A DNA stretch of 64,000 nt from a virus (taxonomy: Duplodnaviria; Caudoviricetes). Both the position numbers and the translations under genes were made by a program. Below the pieces are notes generated by a model. It was not told where the DNA came from, did not search any database, and saw nothing but the letters and a program-made list of their open reading frames with translations. The stretch spans positions 72,535 to 136,534 of IMG/VR virus record IMGVR_UViG_2811995030_000001; one strand, 5' to 3'. Shown one piece after another: positions 57,091 through 64,000 of the stretch (positions within the stretch are counted from its first letter, which is position 1; every line of letters begins with the position of its first letter).

Positions 57091-60000
57091 ACTTAATAAT
57101 GAAATTATGATTAAGAAAGATGGAAAGTTTCAGTTTGAGAAAGATAAAGAAGCTGTAAAGAGCTACTTCGTAGACTATGTAAATCAAAACACAGTATTCT
57201 TTCATGACTTGAAAGAGAAGCTAGATTACCTGATTGAAAATGATTACTATGAAGAAGAATTTTTAAAACAATATACTTTTGAACAAGTAAAAGAAGTATT
57301 TAAAATGGCTTACAAGAAAAAGTTTAGATTCCCTTCATACATGAGCGCATTTAAGTTTTACAACGATTATGCACTTAAAACAAACGATAAGAAGAAAATT
57401 CTAGAGCGTTATGAGGATCGTCTAGCAATCATGGCTTTATATTTGTCAGATGGAAACTTTGAGAAGGCTAAGAAGATGGTTAAAATGTTCATTAATCAAG
57501 AGTATCAGCCAGCTACACCCACAACTTTAAACAGTGGACGTAAGCGAAGAGGCGAACTGGTAAGTTGTTTCTTGTTAGAGGTTAATGACTCACTTAATGA
57601 CATTTCGAGAGCTTTAGAAATCTCTATGCAACTATCTAAAGTAGGTGGAGGAGTTAGTTTAAACTTATCAAAAATTAGAGCAAGAGGAGAGTCAATTAAA
57701 GAGGTTGAAGGAGTTACAAAAGGTGTCGTGGGAGTTATGAAGCTTCTAGATCACGCCTTTAGATATGCTGACCAACAAGGACAACGACAAGGAAGTGGAG
57801 CTGCTTATCTTCATATTAACCACGCAGATATTAATGATTTCCTTGATACAAGAAAGATTTCAGCAGATGAAGATGTTCGGGTTAAAACATTATCCATTGG
57901 GGTAGTTATTCCAAATAAATTTATTGAATTAGCCAGAGAAAATAAAGATGTCTATCTATTCTATCCTTACACAGTATATAAAGAATATGGGCAACACATG
58001 GATGACATGGATATGGATGAGATGTATGACAAACTCGTTGCCAATCCTAATGTACGCAAAGATAAAACTAACGCACGTAAACTACTAGAAAAGTTAGCAG
58101 TCTTACGCAGTGAATCAGGTTACCCTTATATCATGTTTGAGAATAATGTTAATGATGTACATACATTAAATAATATTGCGAAAGTTAAATATTCTAACTT
58201 GTGTGTTACAGGAGATACTAAATTACTAACTGATGAAGGACAAATTACAGCAAAAGAACTTTATGAGTCTCAGAAGGAATTAACTGTTGTAATTGATAAA
58301 CGAACAAAAGAATTAAGTGTTTCTGATAAAGGTACTGAAAATGCTAAAGCTATCCCGATGCAATTAACTAAAACTGGAGCAAACGTTTATGAGATCAAAA
58401 CGAAACAGGGCTTCTCAATTAAATCTACAGATTGGCATAAGTATTATGTGAAAGATGGAGATGAGATTAAAAAGCTTCCATTAAATGAACTTAAGATTGG
58501 AGATAGACTATTAGTTCAGTCAGGAGAAGGTAACTATGGAAAGACTCATGAGCCTGATTTAGCTTATCTTATGGGAGTTATTGCAGGAGATGGAACATTC
58601 ACAGATAAACAAGTTAAGGTTTATCTCTATGATAATAAGAAGTCGCTTAAGGATAAGGTAACTCAAAAAGTTCATGATGTAATTAAGACACATAAAATCA
58701 ATAGAGTCTACAAACACAATACATCGTTTACACCTGAATTTCATTTGGCTAATCCTGAAAAGCAAGATATGTTATATATGAGCACAACTGTACTGCATGA
58801 CATTCTACATAAGTTTGGGATGAATAAAGAAAACAAAACACGAGTACCAAAATTCATATTTGAAGCAGATAAACAAACACAATGTGCATATTTATCAGGG
58901 CTGTTTCAAATGGACGGTACTGTAAATGCAAATCATAAAGCGAGAGCGTTAACTATTGAATTAGGATCAATTGATTTAGAAGGTCTTCAAGACATTCAAA
59001 AGCTACTTATAAATATGGGGATTTATTCAACAATTTATAGTAACTATAAACGTTCTACAGAACTCCTTCCTGATGGGAATGGTGGACACAAACTTTATAA
59101 TGTAAAGCCTGCTCATAAACTGTCTATTCAAGATAGAAAATCAAGAGAAGAATTTGTAAGAGTGATAGAGTTGAAAGAGTATGACATGTATAAATTTAAC
59201 TCGCTAACAGAAACTTTACAGCCTAAATCTAGAAATCCTAAACATGATTTTACTGCTGAGATTGAATCTATTGAGCATTGTGGAGTAGAGGATGTGTATG
59301 ATACAACTCAAGAAGATTATCACTCACTTATCTTTAATGGAATTGTAACAGGAAATTGTAGTGAAATCCTTCAGTCATCTATTGTATCTAACTACACAGA
59401 CTACGGAGAAGTTGATAACTTGGGACTTGATATTTCTTGTAACCTTGGATCGTTAAATATTGTTAATGTTATGAGCAATAAGTCAATTAAAGAGTCAGTG
59501 AAGTTAGCAGTAGATGCTTTGACTAGTGTAGTAAGGAAAACAAGTATTGCTAATGCTCCTGCTGTAAGAAAAGCAAATGATAAAATGAGGTCAATTGGCT
59601 TGGGAGCAATGAATTTACACGGTTACTTAGTGAAAAACGGATTGATGTATGAAAGTGCAGAGGCTAGAGACTTCGCTAACACATTCTTCATGATGATGAA
59701 TTACTACTCACTTGAGCGTTCAATGGAGTTAGCGAAAGAAACAGGTGAAAAGTTTTACGGATTTGAAGGCTCTACATATGCTACAGGGGAATATTTTGAT
59801 AAATACATAAGTAAAGATTTTACTCCTGAATTTGAAAAGATTGCTAAATTGTTTGATGGTCAACCTATTCCTACTAAAGAGGACTGGATTAGACTCAAAG
59901 AACAAGTACAAAAATATGGTCTTTACAATAGTTATCGCTTAGCAATTCCACCTACAGGTTCAATTTCATACGTACAATCAAGCACAGCAGCCGTAATGCC

Positions 60001-60316
60001 TATCATGGAACGTATTGAAGAGCGTACATACGGAAATTCAAAAACATTCTATCCTATGCCTTTCTTATCTGATAAGAATTGGTTCTACTATAAAGAAGCT
60101 TATGACATGGATATGTTTAAAGTAATAGATATGATTGCTACTATTCAGCAACATGTGGATCAAGGTATCTCATTTACACTATTCCTTAAAGACACGATGA
60201 CAACTAGGGATGTTAATAAGATTGACTTATACGCTCATCACAAAGGAATTAAGACTTTATACTACGCTAGAACAAAAGACACTACTCAAGAAGATTGCTT
60301 ATCTTGCCAAGTTTAA
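57062..60316 (+). CDS. nrdE: class Ib ribonucleotide reductase alpha subunit (intein-containing)
   Basis: WIKLNNE; ERYEDR; QPATPT; GELVSCFLL; SNL|C..N|CSEI; PTGSISY; C-terminal CLSCQV. TTG start after AGGAGG. Confidence 0.96.
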   Translation: MTEMLPKWIKLNNEIMIKKDGKFQFEKDKEAVKSYFVDYVNQNTVFFHDLKEKLDYLIENDYYEEEFLKQYTFEQVKEVFKMAYKKKFRFPSYMSAFKFYNDYALKTNDKKKILERYEDRLAIMALYLSDGNFEKAKKMVKMFINQEYQPATPTTLNSGRKRRGELVSCFLLEVNDSLNDISRALEISMQLSKVGGGVSLNLSKIRARGESIKEVEGVTKGVVGVMKLLDHAFRYADQQGQRQGSGAAYLHINHADINDFLDTRKISADEDVRVKTLSIGVVIPNKFIELARENKDVYLFYPYTVYKEYGQHMDDMDMDEMYDKLVANPNVRKDKTNARKLLEKLAVLRSESGYPYIMFENNVNDVHTLNNIAKVKYSNLCVTGDTKLLTDEGQITAKELYESQKELTVVIDKRTKELSVSDKGTENAKAIPMQLTKTGANVYEIKTKQGFSIKSTDWHKYYVKDGDEIKKLPLNELKIGDRLLVQSGEGNYGKTHEPDLAYLMGVIAGDGTFTDKQVKVYLYDNKKSLKDKVTQKVHDVIKTHKINRVYKHNTSFTPEFHLANPEKQDMLYMSTTVLHDILHKFGMNKENKTRVPKFIFEADKQTQCAYLSGLFQMDGTVNANHKARALTIELGSIDLEGLQDIQKLLINMGIYSTIYSNYKRSTELLPDGNGGHKLYNVKPAHKLSIQDRKSREEFVRVIELKEYDMYKFNSLTETLQPKSRNPKHDFTAEIESIEHCGVEDVYDTTQEDYHSLIFNGIVTGNCSEILQSSIVSNYTDYGEVDNLGLDISCNLGSLNIVNVMSNKSIKESVKLAVDALTSVVRKTSIANAPAVRKANDKMRSIGLGAMNLHGYLVKNGLMYESAEARDFANTFFMMMNYYSLERSMELAKETGEKFYGFEGSTYATGEYFDKYISKDFTPEFEKIAKLFDGQPIPTKEDWIRLKEQVQKYGLYNSYRLAIPPTGSISYVQSSTAAVMPIMERIEERTYGNSKTFYPMPFLSDKNWFYYKEAYDMDMFKVIDMIATIQQHVDQGISFTLFLKDTMTTRDVNKIDLYAHHKGIKTLYYARTKDTTQEDCLSCQV
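58202..59356 (+). mobile_element. intein with LAGLIDADG homing endonuclease in nrdE (385 codons)
   Basis: Starts CVTGDT, ends GIVTGN before extein Cys; YLMGVIAGDG and YLSGLFQMDG motifs. Confidence 0.93.
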
Positions 60317-60337
60317 ATTAAAAGGAGACGATGAATA

Positions 60338-61312
60338 TTGATGAAAACTTATGATGCAGCTAACTGGGCGGAACACGATGATAACTTTACACAAATGTTC
60401 TACGATCAAAATGTAAAACAATTCTGGCTTCCAGAAGAAATTAGTTTAAACTCTGACTTGCTTCACTGGGAAGTTTTAAGTCAACCAAAAAGAGAATTAT
60501 ATAAAAAGGTGTTGGGGGGATTAACTCTCCTTGACACCTACCAAGGAAATATCGGAATGCCTGTTATTTCTAGATACACAACAGGACACCTTAGAAAAGC
60601 TTTGCTTAATTTCATGGGAATGATGGAGAATGCGGTACATGCTAAATCATACTCAAACATTTTCCTAACCTTTGCTTCTAAAGAAGAAATTAACAGTATT
60701 TTTGAATGGATTAAACAAAATAAATTCCTTCAATATAAAGCTAACGTAATCATTGATATTTATGAGAGTGTAAAAGAAAATGATGAAATCTCTCGCTATA
60801 AAGCATTAGTAGCATCAGTATTCTTAGAAAGTTTCTTATTCTACAGTGGTTTCTACTATCCTCTATATCTATATGGGCAAGGTAAGCTTATGCAGAGTGG
60901 GGAGATTATCAATCTTATAATTCGTGATGAGGCGATCCATGGAGTGTATGTAGGATTGTTAGCACAAGAAATTTATAATAAGCAACCTAAAGAGATTCAA
61001 GAAGAGCTTAAGAAATATACTGAAGAATTGTTACTGAAACTATATGAAAATGAAATGCTTTATACTGAAGACTTATACGATGAACTAGAACTAACTCACG
61101 ATGTTAAGAAGTTTGTTCGCTACAATGCAAATAAAGCTATGATGAACTTAGCATTCGAGCCTTACTTTGAGGAAGAAGAAGTTAACCCTATTGTTCTAAA
61201 CGGTCTAAGTACAAAAACTAAATCACATGATTTCTTCTCAATGAAAGGGAACGGATATAAGAAAGCGACAGTAGAACCGCTTAGAGATGAAGACTTTTAC
61301 TTTGAAGATTAA
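60338..61312 (+). CDS. nrdF: class Ib ribonucleotide reductase beta subunit
   Basis: QFWLPEEI; GLTLLDT; [10 protein letters not shown]; [10 protein letters not shown]; IRDEAIHG; HDFFS. Confidence 0.96.
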   Translation: MMKTYDAANWAEHDDNFTQMFYDQNVKQFWLPEEISLNSDLLHWEVLSQPKRELYKKVLGGLTLLDTYQGNIGMPVISRYTTGHLRKALLNFMGMMENAVHAKSYSNIFLTFASKEEINSIFEWIKQNKFLQYKANVIIDIYESVKENDEISRYKALVASVFLESFLFYSGFYYPLYLYGQGKLMQSGEIINLIIRDEAIHGVYVGLLAQEIYNKQPKEIQEELKKYTEELLLKLYENEMLYTEDLYDELELTHDVKKFVRYNANKAMMNLAFEPYFEEEEVNPIVLNGLSTKTKSHDFFSMKGNGYKKATVEPLRDEDFYFED

Positions 61313-61359
61313 TTATAAATAACAAATAATACTTAAAACACAATTTGGAGGAATTCAAT

Positions 61360-61608
61360 ATGTCAAAACAACTAATTAAATTATATCAACCAGCTTGTAA
61401 CCCTTGCACTATGGTATCTAACTTTCTAAATGATCAAGGAATTGAGCACAACTCTATTGATGTAACAGAAAATCCAGACGTAGCAGCTCAATATGGGATT
61501 ATGAGTACACCAGTTACCATTTTATTAGATGAAGGAGTAGAAATTCAGCGAAGCAATGGATTTAACCCACCAGAATTAGAAGAAATGGTCGAAAAGTTAA
61601 AATCATAG
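61360..61608 (+). CDS. NrdH-like redoxin / thioredoxin
   Basis: CNPC active site, MSTPV cis-Pro; follows nrdF. Confidence 0.88.
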   Translation: MSKQLIKLYQPACNPCTMVSNFLNDQGIEHNSIDVTENPDVAAQYGIMSTPVTILLDEGVEIQRSNGFNPPELEEMVEKLKS

Positions 61609-61718
61609 TCTCAGAAACCGCATGAATAAAGGGTTTATAGAGCTAATATTTAATGTAAAACTATCCTTTTACACAGACAGTAAAAAATAAATAAAATACA
61701 TAAAATGGAGTGAATTAT

Positions 61719-62351
61719 ATGGGGAAAATGGATGAAATGATTTTAGTAAGTAAACGTACAGTATTATTTGGTGAGAATGATGAGTTGGCTTTTCAAGGAG
61801 TTAACTCATCTCCTGACACTGTTCAACATGTAACTAAGCAACTATCTAATAACATTGAAGTAATGCGTAGAGGAGATGCTGAAGAGAATACAACTTATAA
61901 GCAACCTATCCCTTACGTTGTAATTAAAAAAGGTAATCAAGTGTTTGGTTATGAACGGCTATCAGGGGGCGGAGAAACTCGCTTACATTCTCAATGGTCA
62001 CTAGGTTATGGTGGTCACATGAACAAAACAGAGAGCGATAAATTTGAAGATACATTAATGACTAATCTTTATCGTGAATTAGAAGAGGAGTTAGACATCA
62101 AGTTTACAGGAGCTGAATTAAAACCAATTGGATTAATTAATGATGATTTAAATCCAGTAGGCGAAGTTCACTTAGGCTTACTTTATACGTATGAGCTAGA
62201 CTCTGAAGCAACAATTGAAGTTAGAGAAAAGGATCAAATTAGAGGATTCTGGTTAGATATTAATGAGCTAAAGAATGAAGAGACTTATACAAAACTTGAA
62301 GCATGGTCACAATTTGTAGCTGATTTATTAGGAGGTGATAAACCTGATTAA
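61719..62351 (+). CDS. NUDIX-family hydrolase
   Basis: KQPIPY; E.RLH...SLG.GGH; RELEEEL; VHLG. Confidence 0.85.
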   Translation: MGKMDEMILVSKRTVLFGENDELAFQGVNSSPDTVQHVTKQLSNNIEVMRRGDAEENTTYKQPIPYVVIKKGNQVFGYERLSGGGETRLHSQWSLGYGGHMNKTESDKFEDTLMTNLYRELEEELDIKFTGAELKPIGLINDDLNPVGEVHLGLLYTYELDSEATIEVREKDQIRGFWLDINELKNEETYTKLEAWSQFVADLLGGDKPD

Positions 62352-62856
62352 TTTCTTTATTAATAACCCCTCAGTAATTGTAGCTACCTTAAGTTTGATA
62401 GGGGTTATAGTGACAACGACAATTACTATTGGAAGTAATAATAAAAACCGCAAACTTACTAGAGAAGTTGAAAGACTTAAAATATATGAGAAACAGAGCC
62501 TTGATAAAAGAGCTAGTCACATAGATGAACTTTGGGAGTATTTTATGGATATAAATAGTTTAAATATCCCCCTACATAAATTACACAAGACTTCGAAAAA
62601 ATACAAAAGAATAAATGAAAAGTATTTAAGAGTTATTTTTCAACTGTTTCTATATGGATCAGATACAGCAATTAATAAGTTTATAGAGTTTAGAAGAAAA
62701 TCAGCAAATGGTATTCAGAATAAAAAAGAGTTTCTAGAGACATTCGCTGTATTTATACAAGAATACAGAAAGGATTTAGGATTACCAGAAACTAAAGTAA
62801 CACATGAACACTTTTTAGATTTGATGCTTAATGATAAAGAAAAATATTGGGGTTAA
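62335..62856 (+). CDS. N-terminal TM helical protein
   Basis: One hydrophobic helix, then a helical domain; SD suggests a CTG start at 62344. Confidence 0.7.
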   Translation: MINLINFFINNPSVIVATLSLIGVIVTTTITIGSNNKNRKLTREVERLKIYEKQSLDKRASHIDELWEYFMDINSLNIPLHKLHKTSKKYKRINEKYLRVIFQLFLYGSDTAINKFIEFRRKSANGIQNKKEFLETFAVFIQEYRKDLGLPETKVTHEHFLDLMLNDKEKYWG

Positions 62857-62893
62857 ATTATGATTTTACTTTAACAATAAAAGGAGAGATCAG

Positions 62894-63502
62894 ATGAGCA
62901 AACTATGGGATATTGAAGGAATCGAGACTCACATAAACAGTTTTAAGAAAGGAGTTGTTTCTTACAGTAAGATTGGAGAGCCACGATGGAAATCACGTAT
63001 TTTTGGAGTGGAGATTTCCTTTATGGAATATTTAAAAGGAAAAAGGATTAGTAACGAACTAAAGATTAAGAGGGATGAGTTAATCAAACAACTTGAAAGA
63101 GAAAATGAACTTATCAAAAGTAAAAACGAGAGAGATAAAATAATGGAAGAAGCAATCTCTAGAGTGAGCAAATCATTTCAAAGTGTTAAGAATAAGAAAA
63201 GACCAGATTATAAATCTATTCACACTCCTACAGTTAAAAATAATTATAATAACGACTTATTACATACGGCATATCTTTATGAAAGTTTAGATGATACTAG
63301 CATTAACAATAAAAATGATTGTAGCTCATCACATAAGGAATCAAATAGTCATCATTCATATGACAATGATTATTCTAGCAGCTCATCTTATTCATCAGAT
63401 TCTAGCTCAAGTTACAGCTCTTCTAGTCATGATTATTCGTCCTCATCTTCTTCAAGCTACGATTCATCTAGTAGTAGCTATTCAGGAGGTTCGGATTTCT
63501 AA
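62894..63502 (+). CDS. hypothetical protein with Ser-rich low-complexity tail
   Basis: AAGGAG SD; SSSSSYSSDSSSS tail. Confidence 0.75.
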   Translation: MSKLWDIEGIETHINSFKKGVVSYSKIGEPRWKSRIFGVEISFMEYLKGKRISNELKIKRDELIKQLERENELIKSKNERDKIMEEAISRVSKSFQSVKNKKRPDYKSIHTPTVKNNYNNDLLHTAYLYESLDDTSINNKNDCSSSHKESNSHHSYDNDYSSSSSYSSDSSSSYSSSSHDYSSSSSSSYDSSSSSYSGGSDF

Positions 63503-63526
63503 GTTAAATCAATCTTTTATCGAGAG

Positions 63527-64000
63527 GTGATTACCATAAAGAAATCTATGTTAATTGAATGTATGAACTTATTACATGAAGATTATCATATTGATCCTAA
63601 GAAAATAAAAGTATTCAATAATCGTTATTTATTCGTTATATATGGATTACTAAAAGAATTTGATATAGGCTATATCAAGGACGCTTTTTACAGTAGAACA
63701 AAAGGTACATATCGCACAGGTGATGACAACATTCTTATTTTTACTTATGATTTAAATGGAAAAAGACATGCATTAAACACTATAGCAACTTTTTATCATG
63801 AGCTACGGCATTATTATCAGCACAATTATAAGACAAATAAGTTTAACTTAAATTCTGCTACTCTTCATATGAGTGAGAATGGTTACAACACACAACCGCA
63901 TGAGCGTGATGCAAATAGATTTGCAAGCAGAATGATGAATAAACACCGTAAGAAATTAAGTGAGCTGACAGATACTTTTAATTGGAATACTACTTTATAA
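63527..64000 (+). CDS. HExxH zinc metallopeptidase-like protein
   Basis: FYHELRHYYQH...HERDANRFA. Confidence 0.75.
   Translation: MITIKKSMLIECMNLLHEDYHIDPKKIKVFNNRYLFVIYGLLKEFDIGYIKDAFYSRTKGTYRTGDDNILIFTYDLNGKRHALNTIATFYHELRHYYQHNYKTNKFNLNSATLHMSENGYNTQPHERDANRFASRMMNKHRKKLSELTDTFNWNTTL

Larger units (their letters stand above)
3814..61702 (+). repeat. dispersed repeat B: AAAATAAA(A/T)TACA(T/A), promoter-associated, on the + strand
   Basis: Copies near 3814, 11301, 11757, 14012, 14083, 16157, 18714, 22736, 24081, 33899, 36930, 37694, 40595, 50408, 50597, 52001, 53879, 55134, 56673, 61689. Confidence 0.75.
3452..63525. repeat. dispersed repeat A (SPBRE-like): TAAAA-N6-TTTTA-(N1-2)-TAGA at gene boundaries
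   Basis: Exact or near copies at 3452, 3717, 4226, 4536, 8394, 9112, 9994, 12417, 13436, 13941, 18522, 24458, 25278, 26411, 27752, 28618, 30819, 31965, 32216, 32805, 36462, 37451, 39352, 49821, 50905, 52319, 61656, 62853, 63504. Confidence 0.8.
1..64000 (+). mobile_element. SPbeta-like large temperate phage/prophage (accessory, repression, replication and nucleotide-metabolism regions)
   Basis: Gene order matches SPbeta: integrase-like / DGQHR protein / integrase-like / antisense HTH, then AAA-DnaB-primase-DnaE-3D protein, MTase, nrdI-nrdE(intein)-nrdF-nrdH. Dense co-oriented small ORFs with Firmicute SD sites. No host genes or att site visible. Confidence 0.93.

Noticed and set aside
1362-63530. 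Many short antisense or overlapping ORFs in the ORF track (e.g. 1535-1780, 5830-6042, 21889-22230, 40300-40551, 48515-48814, 63291-63530)
   Set aside because: Shadows of + strand genes with Ser/Phe/Ile-rich antisense composition and no SD.

Overview
AT-rich 64-kb segment of a large SPbeta-like temperate phage or prophage of a Bacillaceae host, transcribed almost entirely on the + strand. It runs from small accessory ORFs and morons (lipoproteins, Doc-type toxin-antitoxin pair, HNH), through the SPbeta-type repression block (yopP/yopQ/yopR/yopS-like, with no adjacent arbitrium genes) and a second field of small ORFs, to the replication module (SSB-like, AAA, DnaB helicase, primase, PD-(D/E)XK nuclease, DnaE) and nucleotide metabolism (nrdI, intein-containing nrdE, nrdF, nrdH, NUDIX). 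The most striking locus is a three-gene cluster at 52363-55126. It encodes an asparagine-synthetase-like amide ligase without a glutaminase domain, a CmoA-like carboxy-SAM synthase, and a C5 cytosine MTase whose motif X Asn is replaced by Arg. This predicts DNA carboxymethylation followed by amidation of cytosine. Also notable: two transposase-less TnpB/omegaRNA elements, one of whose guide regions is an alternative allele of the gene directly upstream (homing or gene-drive-like); three dispersed repeat families, two of them forming composite sites with fixed 19-nt spacing; and a candidate pseudoknotted ncRNA at 37543-37672. All assignments come from motif recognition by eye; no searches were run.
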